DNA from: a virus
Virus record (IMG/VR): IMGVR_UViG_3300018083_000001
Direction: 5' to 3' (one strand)
DNA length: 64,000 nt
Below, piece after piece: positions 25,422 through 34,361 of the stretch (position 1 is the first letter of the stretch; each line of letters starts with the position of its first letter). A program made the translations under genes and the position numbers. The notes beneath the pieces were generated by a model. That model did not search any database. It was not told the DNA's origin and was given only the letters and a program-made list of their open reading frames with translations.

Positions 25422-25544
25422 TTATCCCTTCTTGAATGAAGGCCTACCAGCCTTGGGCAACGTACCACGCTTGCCCTTGCCGCTTATTTCTACTCCAGCC
25501 TTGCGGCCAAAAGCCTTCTTTGCTCCCTTGCTGGCTGCTTTCAT
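25422..25544 (-). CDS. possible 40-aa highly basic peptide
   Basis: My own translation gives MKAASKGAKKAFGRKAGVEISGKGKRGTLPKAGRPSFKKG. It lies between the portal and the adaptor and is below the track cutoff. Confidence 0.3.
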   Translation of the reverse strand: MKAASKGAKKAFGRKAGVEISGKGKRGTLPKAGRPSFKKG

Positions 25545-25557
25545 TCCAGATGCTTTC

Positions 25558-27069
25558 CTAGCCATTAGCAACACGCTCCTTGGGTTTGAGACTGGGTGGT
25601 TTGATAGGCAACCCAGTCAGGGGATCGACCGCAGCAGGTATTGGTAGACCTGTGCGTGGGTCGATGTCTTGCTCTGCTTGAAGATCCATGTTTGCCTGAT
25701 CCTCAGCAATGAGCTCTTGCTCCTCGTCAGCGGTGCGCTCCTCCGGGATCACGCCACCCTTTTGGAGACGTTCAAAGGAGGTCTGCCAGGAGTAGGCGCC
25801 ATCTTGCCAGCCCTTGACGATAGCACCAATCTCTTGCGCGTTGAGCGTGTGATCGTAGAAGTCCAAATTGGGTTCAACCGACACGGATTCTGGATCGACA
25901 TTCATCCACACTGCTAGGTTCTTGAGCGCCTTTTCAAGGCCAGCAGCACTGGTCATTGCGACTTGCTTCAAGGTAGAGGCCTGATTGCCGAGCCGCATCT
26001 TGAGGGCTTCACCGCTCTCTGCTGATCGCTTTTGGTCGGTCAGTATTTGCGCGCCTAATGCTACAGCACGATCAAGGGACGCTTGTATAGCATCCTTCTG
26101 TGCGCCTATCCCTGCGCCGCTAAACTCTAGATACTTAGCATCTGCGCCTTTCGGCAAGATCCAAAGCTTCGATGCACCAATTGAAGATGGCGCTGCTCCC
26201 GATTTAATTGCCTCTGCGGGATCATCAAAGCCCATCGCAACAGGCGTCGGCTCAGATGTCATATGCATGGCGAATGTGTAGTCCGCGTCAAGGCGATAAA
26301 TCCTCAAGGCGATCTTTGCTAGACCGTACAATGGTACATCGTCCGGGTCAGCTTGTAAGCCGTTGGTGTTGATAAACACAAATGGTAGTTCTTCCAATCC
26401 CTGTACCTGTCCCATCTTGGGAGGCTTAAGTGCCACAACATTCGCAACAGGGGACCAGAGGCCTTGCGCAGTCCGCTCCCATTCACGGGAGGTGTACCGT
26501 CCATCCTCCATGTAGCATTCGCGGTAACGCTCTTTCGTGGTCCAGATATTTGTCTCTGGGTTGCGCTCTATTCCACACTCATCAAGTACCAAGTAATTTG
26601 GAACTTCATCTTGCGTATCCCAATTAATAATCGACTCAGCTGTGTACCCAGCCAGGTAGCCTTCACCATCTTGATCTATCCCAGGGAGGATACCATAGCG
26701 ACCAGTAATCATTAGCTCATTAGCAATTTGCCGATGGAAAGTCTCTAACGTGGAACCATTCCTCGTGGCCTTCTCTATCAAGCCTTCCATCTTCTTTGGT
26801 AGCTCGACCACAGCAGGGGTTTCTAACATGATCCCAACAGTGCCGCGCACAGTAGGCGAAACCAACTCAGGAAACTCAGCGCGCGACTTGTACGACAAAT
26901 AAGTCTGATTGCGCAACGCATAGTCCGTCATGGCGTATGTGCCAGACTTCATAGGCAAATATGTTTCACCACGCAACTTGACTGCGTCCTCACCATCAAA
27001 CGCATCACGCATCAGCTGCCAAAAGCCGGCAAACTCTGCATAGCGCGGATGTTGTATGGTTATATCCAT
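25558..27069 (-). CDS. portal protein
   Basis: 503 aa, directly downstream of TerL. The N-terminal region resembles DUF4055-type portals. Confidence 0.8.
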   Translation of the reverse strand: MDITIQHPRYAEFAGFWQLMRDAFDGEDAVKLRGETYLPMKSGTYAMTDYALRNQTYLSYKSRAEFPELVSPTVRGTVGIMLETPAVVELPKKMEGLIEKATRNGSTLETFHRQIANELMITGRYGILPGIDQDGEGYLAGYTAESIINWDTQDEVPNYLVLDECGIERNPETNIWTTKERYRECYMEDGRYTSREWERTAQGLWSPVANVVALKPPKMGQVQGLEELPFVFINTNGLQADPDDVPLYGLAKIALRIYRLDADYTFAMHMTSEPTPVAMGFDDPAEAIKSGAAPSSIGASKLWILPKGADAKYLEFSGAGIGAQKDAIQASLDRAVALGAQILTDQKRSAESGEALKMRLGNQASTLKQVAMTSAAGLEKALKNLAVWMNVDPESVSVEPNLDFYDHTLNAQEIGAIVKGWQDGAYSWQTSFERLQKGGVIPEERTADEEQELIAEDQANMDLQAEQDIDPRTGLPIPAAVDPLTGLPIKPPSLKPKERVANG

Positions 27070-27071
27070 TG

Positions 27072-28322
27072 TTAGTAAATTCCAGAGTTGACGATAGCAG
27101 GTCTCATGGATGCGGTCCGTAATGGTTCAACTGCATAGCGACAAGAGTCAATGGTATGGTTCTTACGATCACTGAGCCTCGGCAATACCTCCTCGGTCTT
27201 ACGGTCAACCTCGTAACTGTAATTGGTAAACTCATCAGCAACATGCGTACAATGTCTTTGGTGAATGACAATGTCATAGCTCTTCAAGAACTCAATACCC
27301 TGCTCAACGGAGTTCGGTCCCTTGATGCTTGGTTGCATCTTTGGATAGCCATTGCGCTTCAGGTAACTTATGTTTTGCGGGTCCGCGCTGTCGGCAATGA
27401 TAGGCCAATTTCGAGCATGTCCATTGTCGATGGTGTCGAACAACGTCGGCGTCCTGTCAATCTCACAACCGATCTTCCACGCCTCGCGATCAATAAATAA
27501 TGTTCGCCCCTTGATCCAGCATCGTACAAGTACGGTGGGATCAACTGAGAAGCCCCAATCTGCGCCATAGTAAAAGCGCGCATCGTCCGGTGTCTCGAAT
27601 TCATCGATGCTGATGTTCTTAAAGACCCTCGCCTCAGAATGCTTCTGATACTCACCCAACCAGACGTGTGCATACTTATCTGGGTCGCGTCGCTGGTCCC
27701 AATCTTTTTCCTCAGCAAGCTCTTTCGGAAACCAAGGATTGTCTGTCCAATTGGCACGAACCACTCTTGAATTAGGGAACGCATTATCTCCTCGCAACAA
27801 TTGCTCTACTGGATCCTTGGGTGACTTAGGGTTCCATGAGAACCATATCTCTGAATCTCTGGCGCGTATTGTAGGACGTAATATGGTCAATGAATGTTGG
27901 CTCAGATTTTGCGCTTCCTCGCACCATGCCGCATGATAGCCTTCCAATGATTGTACTGTTTCTGCTGTATGATTCTGCATTCCAGTGAATGTAAATAAAC
28001 CACCACCAGGCGTTATGATCTTATCATCCATTATGCGAAACTTGGATGCAACCTTGAGCTTGTTGATTTTAAATTCAAGAAGCCGCTTGACTGATTGTTT
28101 TAGGCTCTTCTGAATCTCACGGACACATACAAGGCTGAAACCTTTTTTTGCTACAGCACGCTCGATAGCAAGCTCAGCAAAGAAATGCGATTTGCCTGAA
28201 CCACGTCCGCCATAAGCGCCAAGAAACCTAGCTGGACTCAGGAGTGGTTCGAACACTTTCGGCGTCATTAACCTCAGGCGCATTGTCTTCAGCAATGGCT
28301 CTGTAGTCGCGTCCATCTGCAT
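27072..28322 (-). CDS. terL: terminase large subunit (PBSX/terminase_3-like)
   Basis: Walker A GGRGSGKS lies near the N-terminus and the nuclease half is C-terminal. The start is ambiguous among ATGs at 28322, 28283 and 28268. Confidence 0.9.
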   Translation of the reverse strand: MQMDATTEPLLKTMRLRLMTPKVFEPLLSPARFLGAYGGRGSGKSHFFAELAIERAVAKKGFSLVCVREIQKSLKQSVKRLLEFKINKLKVASKFRIMDDKIITPGGGLFTFTGMQNHTAETVQSLEGYHAAWCEEAQNLSQHSLTILRPTIRARDSEIWFSWNPKSPKDPVEQLLRGDNAFPNSRVVRANWTDNPWFPKELAEEKDWDQRRDPDKYAHVWLGEYQKHSEARVFKNISIDEFETPDDARFYYGADWGFSVDPTVLVRCWIKGRTLFIDREAWKIGCEIDRTPTLFDTIDNGHARNWPIIADSADPQNISYLKRNGYPKMQPSIKGPNSVEQGIEFLKSYDIVIHQRHCTHVADEFTNYSYEVDRKTEEVLPRLSDRKNHTIDSCRYAVEPLRTASMRPAIVNSGIY

Positions 28323-28623
28323 GAATGATCACACGATCAATGTGAGTTATGACGACATCATCGCCATTTCTTTCTGATACTTGAGTAGGAAGGATTTTGC
28401 CAAGCAATCCAAGGAAGGCAGGCATCTCAACTAGTGCCGCACAGCGTAGGTAATTTACAAAGCCGGGAAGTCCGTGGGGATTTTCTAAATCATTACCAGC
28501 AATGTCTGCCGCCATCAATGCTGCTTCTCTGAGCAAAAGATTTGCTCTGTTTGGAATACCAGCTGGACGTCCTGGTGGATCATTAGCAACGACAATCGCG
28601 GTGTTGTTACGTTGTTCTTCCAT
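28228..28623 (-). CDS. terminase small subunit candidate
   Basis: 131 aa immediately upstream of TerL and overlapping it. The call is by position only. Confidence 0.4.
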   Translation of the reverse strand: MEEQRNNTAIVVANDPPGRPAGIPNRANLLLREAALMAADIAGNDLENPHGLPGFVNYLRCAALVEMPAFLGLLGKILPTQVSERNGDDVVITHIDRVIIHADGRDYRAIAEDNAPEVNDAESVRTTPESS

Positions 28624-28703
28624 TGGGGCCGCGCGTACTCTTTCGTTGTTGGCTACCGCTCATGCTTGCGCTCTGTTAGGCAAGGCATTGTTGTACGCGC
28701 GGA

Positions 28704-29189
28704 CTAGCGAACAGCTTCTAGGTTAGATCCACTCAACTCTATCGGAACATAACCGCCCATTGCCATCAGCAATACGCGCTCACGATCATGCTTTCCCATT
28801 CCTTCATACACTACCAACTCCCCGGCAAATGCTCCATCTTTGACGCGAAGCTTTTGCCCGACATACCAAGGCAGGGGAACTGATCCCTGCCCAATCTTCT
28901 CCTTGTGCATCAAATCCTCAACCATTGCGTCTGGTACTATGCTTGGCCTTGCTCCACCCAAGACTTGAAGGACGCCTCTTGTTGATAACAACCCACGCCA
29001 GAACCCAGCAACTCTGACGAACAAGTAGCCAGGAAACAAGTACAACAACCGCTCGTGCTTCTTGCCGCGTTGGAAGTATTGCTTGCGGTAGCGGGGCGCA
29101 TAGCTCTCAATATCTTGGAAGCCTAAGTTGCGGGTTGCGATCCGTTCACAATTCGGCTGAGTTGTTACAAGAGCCCAGTAGCCCGACAT
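28704..29189 (-). CDS. NusG/RfaH-like transcription antitermination factor
   Basis: 161 aa from ATG 29189. The NGN-like N-terminus reads WALVTTQPNCERIATRNL ... LFPGYLFV. The C-terminal KOW-like segment reads GQKLRVKDGAFAGELVVYEG. It is the first gene of the late operon. Confidence 0.75.
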   Translation of the reverse strand: MSGYWALVTTQPNCERIATRNLGFQDIESYAPRYRKQYFQRGKKHERLLYLFPGYLFVRVAGFWRGLLSTRGVLQVLGGARPSIVPDAMVEDLMHKEKIGQGSVPLPWYVGQKLRVKDGAFAGELVVYEGMGKHDRERVLLMAMGGYVPIELSGSNLEAVR

Positions 29190-29337
29190 GGAGACCGCCA
29201 ACAACAGGAGCGTTTGAAACCCAACACGAGGAACTCCGTGGCCTGAACTTAGGCCTCTGTTTCGAGGAAAAGTAAAGTTGTTTTCGGAATTTTTGTTTGA
29301 AAACTAAACCTTTTAGTAAATCACGGACGGACGTTTC

Positions 29338-29458
29338 AGCCCGGTAGCCCGGTTACAAAGGCAGACTTTACCTCGCTCTTTTTCTTCTTTTAAGAAGAAG
29401 AAGAAGAAGAAGAAATATATATAAGTAGGAAATGGGGTATGAACCGGGCTACCGGGCT
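29338..29458. repeat. 17-bp perfect inverted repeat enclosing an (AAG)7 microsatellite and a short (AT)n tract
   Basis: AGCCCGGTAGCCCGGTT at 29338-29354 pairs with AACCGGGCTACCGGGCT at 29442-29458. (AAG)7 lies at 29392-29412, preceded by the complementary CTTCTT, and ATATATATA follows. Confidence 0.8.
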
Positions 29459-29475
29459 TTTCAGTTGTAACATCA

Positions 29476-31695
29476 TCACCAAGCCTCCTCTCCCATCAAC
29501 CCGTCAGGGGTCATGTACGATTTTTCAAGATCAACCCAATTTGCACTATCAGGAAAATCATAGTTGGAAATGATTCTGAACCGGCTCCCTTCTCTGACGA
29601 ACCTCTTTTCTGGAACAGTCATCCCATTGCGTCGGAAAATGCTAGAGATGGTTTCCGCATTCTCCAAGAAGTTGCCATCCTTGTACTTGGCGCTCAATCC
29701 TGCCTTACGATCACTAAGCCATACTCGGACCGCATCAAGCCGCATAATAACATTCTTCTGTCCCTTCATAGCCTTCATTTTGGTAGCCAACTCCCATATC
29801 AAAGCTTCACCATCGCTCAGTGAAGCCAACATCACCTTGGTCTTTCCATCGGTCATTGGTGCGTGGCGGCCGGTCGGGATAATGTTTGCCTCATCCTTCA
29901 CGAACTCCTTCGCCCAAGCAAGGATCGCTTCAAAGCCTCCTTCACGCAGGTACTTGTTGAAGCCTTTCCAATAGGCCTCGGTCCGAACATCACCGCCCAA
30001 AGTCGGAACATACCAACGCCGGTCAGAAGCGTCCATCTTGATTGGTCGGTTGCTATTGGAGAACGCAATCACATGGACGTGGTTCCTAATGGTAAATGTA
30101 TCCTGGTGCATTAATCGTATGTCCAAGGTATCATCCGTGATAACATCTTTCATGCGATTATATAATTTGCTACTATGCCCTTGGTAGACCTCCCCAATGA
30201 TTGCGAGCCTTTTGTTCCTTGCCCAGCCGTTGAACTTATCTAACAATTGTTCCTCATTCGGCCAACTTACATTGTGCGGACCTACCAATTCCGCGACTAT
30301 GTTACCAAGAGTGTTCTTACCAATCCCCTGCGTCTCATGCGGCATCAATAGCCCATACCTCATTCGTATATCAAGACGCGCCGCCAACGTAGCAATCCAG
30401 CACTTAATGTGATGGCGCTCCTTCTCATTAGGAAACAAGATCGCTAGGAACTCCTCAAAAGCACCAAGGTCGCCTTTCCGGGCAGTTAACAAAGTCGGAC
30501 AATGCATATTGTACGCGCTCCCAATATTAGGCAAAGCGACACTCCCCATAGGGAACGCCGGCTCATAGGCCAAGCAATCGCAGCGCGCATGGAAGCTCTT
30601 CTGTAATAATCCTGCGACATTCTTCGCGTCAGAGAACGACGAGAACAATCCATTAAACTCCTTATCAGAGAACGGCATATCGAAATGTGAGTTGTGGATG
30701 AACAAGCTCGGCTTCACAATCCAGTTACATTCCGATATGAACTCCTCACGAAGCTCAAAATACTTTTTGTCCTCGCCACTCTTGCGCGTGGCCCAGGTCG
30801 CCCCTGTGACGCATTCATCAAACTTAGTCTTATTGCCTTCTGGCCAAGGATCAGACAAATCAAAGTGCGGCGGGAAACCGCGGTGGCTAAACTTTATCGC
30901 AAGAGCACTTCTTTGAATGATGCGGCTAATCTTAGGGACCGCATCGTTGCCGGATATATCGTTGTCTGCGATAATGGTAACCTTGATATGCCGTCCTAGT
31001 TTGCGGATCGGCTCCCAATCAACACGGTGCGGGTTTGGGGCACCTCCAGGCCATCCAAGATGAGCTACACCGTCTCCTAGAAGTTCATCCCGCCAGGGAT
31101 GTTCTTCTAGGAACTCGCTGGTCATTGCCGCAGCGCACTTCGCCCCTTCATGGATATATACCTCAATAGCATCCTTAAGCTTCTCCAATCCGTACAATGG
31201 CAACAGACCATCAGGCTCCATCATCCGCCAACGTCCGTCACTCCAGTAGCTCCAGGGAAAATCCTCCTTGGTACCATCTTCCTTTCTTATCCTTTGTTGG
31301 ACAAAGTTTAATTCGCCATTGATATCACGGTACTCAAATAGCTGCGCGTCCCCACCAACCATAGCCCTGAGACCGTCGATGCGTAGCCCACGGTTAGAAG
31401 AATTACCAGCGTCAATCTGCCGGGGCCATGTGCCATTCTTCGTTGCGTGTTCAATCTCAAGCTCAATGGCCGCTGCCTCCTCCTTGGTCGGCGCATACTC
31501 CTCCTCCTTACAGACAATCTTACCATCCACGACCGATATAACACTCGCATCATAGTGGTAGTGGTCGCGTCCCTCTCTTGTGACGACATACTTTCTAAAA
31601 TTCCTTACTTCAGCGCCAATGCGCGCCAAGTAATTATGCAATGCCGCAGGCAACTTGTGCGTCTCAGGCATCTTGTAGGGCGCTCGTTCATGCAT
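29476..31695 (-). CDS. DNA primase-helicase (TOPRIM-like domain plus P4-alpha/D5-type P-loop NTPase)
   Basis: 739 aa. TOPRIM-like segment: IHEGAKCAAAM ... VTIIADNDISGNDAV. P-loop: ETQGIGKNTLGNIVAELVG. Confidence 0.75.
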   Translation of the reverse strand: MHERAPYKMPETHKLPAALHNYLARIGAEVRNFRKYVVTREGRDHYHYDASVISVVDGKIVCKEEEYAPTKEEAAAIELEIEHATKNGTWPRQIDAGNSSNRGLRIDGLRAMVGGDAQLFEYRDINGELNFVQQRIRKEDGTKEDFPWSYWSDGRWRMMEPDGLLPLYGLEKLKDAIEVYIHEGAKCAAAMTSEFLEEHPWRDELLGDGVAHLGWPGGAPNPHRVDWEPIRKLGRHIKVTIIADNDISGNDAVPKISRIIQRSALAIKFSHRGFPPHFDLSDPWPEGNKTKFDECVTGATWATRKSGEDKKYFELREEFISECNWIVKPSLFIHNSHFDMPFSDKEFNGLFSSFSDAKNVAGLLQKSFHARCDCLAYEPAFPMGSVALPNIGSAYNMHCPTLLTARKGDLGAFEEFLAILFPNEKERHHIKCWIATLAARLDIRMRYGLLMPHETQGIGKNTLGNIVAELVGPHNVSWPNEEQLLDKFNGWARNKRLAIIGEVYQGHSSKLYNRMKDVITDDTLDIRLMHQDTFTIRNHVHVIAFSNSNRPIKMDASDRRWYVPTLGGDVRTEAYWKGFNKYLREGGFEAILAWAKEFVKDEANIIPTGRHAPMTDGKTKVMLASLSDGEALIWELATKMKAMKGQKNVIMRLDAVRVWLSDRKAGLSAKYKDGNFLENAETISSIFRRNGMTVPEKRFVREGSRFRIISNYDFPDSANWVDLEKSYMTPDGLMGEEAW

Positions 31696-31842
31696 GTTCC
31701 GTCTCCCAATGACATTCCCTCGACCCTCCTCCGATTCAAATTGTTAGTAAAGATTTTTCTTTGCCATCCAAACAAACAACTTTACTTTCCGTAATTAGAC
31801 GCCGAAGCTATCTGAAGTTGAACACCCGTGTAGGAAAACACA
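31696..31842. promoter_or_regulatory. divergent intergenic region between the primase gene and the plus-strand early operon (promoters expected, not pinpointed)
   Basis: A 147-bp AT-rich gap between oppositely oriented genes. I could not identify a convincing -35/-10 pair. Confidence 0.35.
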
Positions 31843-32418
31843 ATGCCCAGTTTCATAAAAGCTGAAAAGCCTAGTCAAGATAAGCTCGACGCAGTCAAGT
31901 CCGATTTGCGGGAAGTCCGTGATCTTCTTATCGAGAAGCAAAACACGGAAGAACATCTCACTGAGCTTAACAAAAGCATCAACGATAAAATCCGCAACTC
32001 GCTCCCTACTATCTTTCAAGAGACGGGGATTACATCCCTGACCCTTGAACCCACCGGCAACCTCCCGGCTTACAGTGCTAAGCTTGACACAGAGGTTAAG
32101 GCAGGAATAACCAGGGAATTCACGCCAGAGCAACGGCAAGACGCGATGGACTGGCTCGTTGCTAATGGTGCGGACAGCTTAATAAAATCTGTCATCACCA
32201 TAACCCTCGATAGGAATGAATACGATAAAGCCCTCAAACTCGTCAAAGAGTTTAAGGCTAAGGGCCTCGATGTTAGCCTCGATACGACCGTTCATTGGGC
32301 AACGCTTTCCTCTTGGCTACGGGAACGCTTCGAGGCGCAAGACCTCCCGCCAAACATCGTAACAATCGGCGGTACCATCTCACCGATCGTCAGGATCACT
32401 GCCAAGAGGTCCAAATGA
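31843..32418 (+). CDS. hypothetical early protein
   Basis: 191 aa with an AGGA RBS and a coiled-coil N-terminus. Confidence 0.6.
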   Translation: MPSFIKAEKPSQDKLDAVKSDLREVRDLLIEKQNTEEHLTELNKSINDKIRNSLPTIFQETGITSLTLEPTGNLPAYSAKLDTEVKAGITREFTPEQRQDAMDWLVANGADSLIKSVITITLDRNEYDKALKLVKEFKAKGLDVSLDTTVHWATLSSWLRERFEAQDLPPNIVTIGGTISPIVRITAKRSK

Positions 32419-32717
32419 GAAGTCAAGCGGAACGCGATATGCGTAAGTTCTTTGATGAGAAGCTTTATGCTCTCATTGAAGATTTTCGCTGGCGATGCGA
32501 CTTCATTGATATTGAACCGACTGTTGCTGCTGCTATGATGGTACGGGCACTAGTCCGTCCCGCTATGGCTATGATGTTGATCCACGGAAGCGACTCAAGA
32601 AGCGCGGAGGAAATATCTGAAATCCTCCGTACAATGGTGCATCAAGTTGCTAAAGAACTTGATGTTGTTGACGCTAGAATTAAATCCAACCGACGTTCAA
32701 ACAAGAAGGAAACCTAG
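32415..32717 (+). CDS. hypothetical protein
   Basis: 100 aa from ATG 32415, in an ATGA overlap with the upstream stop. Confidence 0.55.
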   Translation: MRSQAERDMRKFFDEKLYALIEDFRWRCDFIDIEPTVAAAMMVRALVRPAMAMMLIHGSDSRSAEEISEILRTMVHQVAKELDVVDARIKSNRRSNKKET

Positions 32718-32718
32718 A

Positions 32719-33537
32719 ATGGCTAAGAATGGTAACAATACCGCCTTGAAAGTCAAGGACAAGGAGCAACTCCCCGCAACAAATACCGTCTCCGATGATT
32801 TTCTTAAGGAGATGCTTGCTGATGCTGGTGAAGGCACAACGCAAGCAGCCGAAGATAATCTTGTTCCTTTGCTGTATGTTCTGCAAGGCCTGTCTCCTCA
32901 AGTCAACAAGCGCAATGACGCCTACATCGAAGGCGCAGAGGTTGGCGACATATGGCTGAAGAATGCACCGCAGCCGGTCTTCAAGGGCAATGAAGGTGTT
33001 ATCTTTATCCCTTGTCATTACTCCCGATGTCACGTTGAATGGATCCCACGAGACAGCGGTGGTGGCTTTGTGACGCGACACTTTACTATTCCAAAGGAAG
33101 CCATCGATACTGGAGAAAAGGCCGCAGGCAAGCCAATCTACGAGATGCCAAACGGTAACACGCTCGTTGATACGGTCAACCGGACCGGCTTCGCGATTAT
33201 GCCGGACGGATTGGCGTTGCCATATATGATCCCGATGAAGTCTACCAACATTACTGTATCCAGGGCTTGGAACAGTATCATCAACCAGAAGCAAAAACAC
33301 GGCTTGATTCTTCCAAGCTACTCGTGGCGTTACCGTCTCACCACGGTCTATCGAAAGAACGACAAGGGCGAATGGTATCTCTTGCATGCTGAAAATGATC
33401 GTGAATTAAACGACAGCGAACGTGAATTGTACCGCCAATGCAAGGCCCTCAAGAAAGCTTGCGACGGCAACAAGGTCACTGGCGAAGCGGAAGAAGGACA
33501 CGGCAATATCCGTGAAGATGCCGACGCACCGATGTAA
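32719..33537 (+). CDS. hypothetical protein with acidic C-terminal tail (possible ssDNA-binding/annealing role, unverified)
   Basis: 272 aa from ATG 32719 with an AAGGAAAC RBS. The C-terminus is GEAEEGHGNIREDADAPM. Confidence 0.55.
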   Translation: MAKNGNNTALKVKDKEQLPATNTVSDDFLKEMLADAGEGTTQAAEDNLVPLLYVLQGLSPQVNKRNDAYIEGAEVGDIWLKNAPQPVFKGNEGVIFIPCHYSRCHVEWIPRDSGGGFVTRHFTIPKEAIDTGEKAAGKPIYEMPNGNTLVDTVNRTGFAIMPDGLALPYMIPMKSTNITVSRAWNSIINQKQKHGLILPSYSWRYRLTTVYRKNDKGEWYLLHAENDRELNDSERELYRQCKALKKACDGNKVTGEAEEGHGNIREDADAPM

Positions 33538-33745
33538 CTGAAATGTGGTCCGCGCACAAATACGCAATGAGGCCGCTCATCCTTATTGCCGCTTATGACC
33601 CTCCCTTTCGTTGTGTTGGGGGAGGCGAGGCGTCTTGGGTATACTCGCCCCAAGTCTCTACACGGGGAGTTTGTGCGTGGGGTAACTCCGGAGCGGAGCC
33701 ACACAATCTTGAAGTTAGTAGTTAGCAACATAGAAAGGTGTTAGT

Positions 33746-34180
33746 ATGAAAAAGGCAAACTTGAATAGCATCGCGTCGTATCGTACCAATGGTGAGTTTG
33801 TAGCAAAGTCAACAAGCTACCGCGAAGCCAATGGATTGAAGCCGCACAATGTTTGGCGAAGTAAGAAGGAAGGAGTGGACCATAATCGTGGCTTGCTCAT
33901 TGCAGTAAAGAAGAACAACAAGGACCACTGGGCTGTTAATAAGTCAGCCATTGAATTTATCTTAAAGGCTGAAACTGAGAAACACATCGACAAAGGATAC
34001 TTGTTGATGGAAGATGAAGAAGGCAACGTGGTTAGGTATCACACTATCAATCAAGTCTATGAAGCCATCAAAGGACAAGAGCCAAACCAAGGAGTTGAAT
34101 GGGGACCATATTATTATTTTGATGAGGAACTAAAAATCTATGCACCGGGCAAGTTCAAACCGGAAAGTGATAGGTTATAA
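33746..34180 (+). CDS. hypothetical protein
   Basis: 144 aa, preceded by a 208-bp non-coding gap. Confidence 0.6.
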   Translation: MKKANLNSIASYRTNGEFVAKSTSYREANGLKPHNVWRSKKEGVDHNRGLLIAVKKNNKDHWAVNKSAIEFILKAETEKHIDKGYLLMEDEEGNVVRYHTINQVYEAIKGQEPNQGVEWGPYYYFDEELKIYAPGKFKPESDRL

Positions 34181-34181
34181 G

Positions 34182-34361
34182 ATGCTCGTTGAAATCAAAA
34201 AGCACGAACTCACGGCCATCGCTCAGATTGTTATAAATCTCCGGGCGATGGCGGCGGTACTACTCCCGCATGACGATCCACAGCTCATCAAGATCAATGT
34301 CTGGGCGGCTATGGTTGATGAGGTTCTTGAGCGGGCTTATGAACAGGAGAACATCCAATGA
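34182..34361 (+). CDS. hypothetical protein
   Basis: 59 aa from ATG 34182, 1 nt after the upstream stop. Confidence 0.45.
   Translation: MLVEIKKHELTAIAQIVINLRAMAAVLLPHDDPQLIKINVWAAMVDEVLERAYEQENIQ

Noticed and set aside
31795-32139. 114-aa minus-strand ORF overlapping the first plus-strand early gene
   Set aside because: The plus-strand ORF 31843-32418 has an RBS, a coherent sequence, and an ATGA coupling to the next gene. The minus ORF has none of these.
33538-33745. tRNA or promoter in the 208-bp gap (and tRNAs in the other intergenic regions)
   Set aside because: I scanned the intergenic regions by eye for T-loop (GGTTCGA-type) and cloverleaf features and found none. TATACT at 33640-33645 lacks a properly spaced -35 element. 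A tRNAscan run is still advisable.
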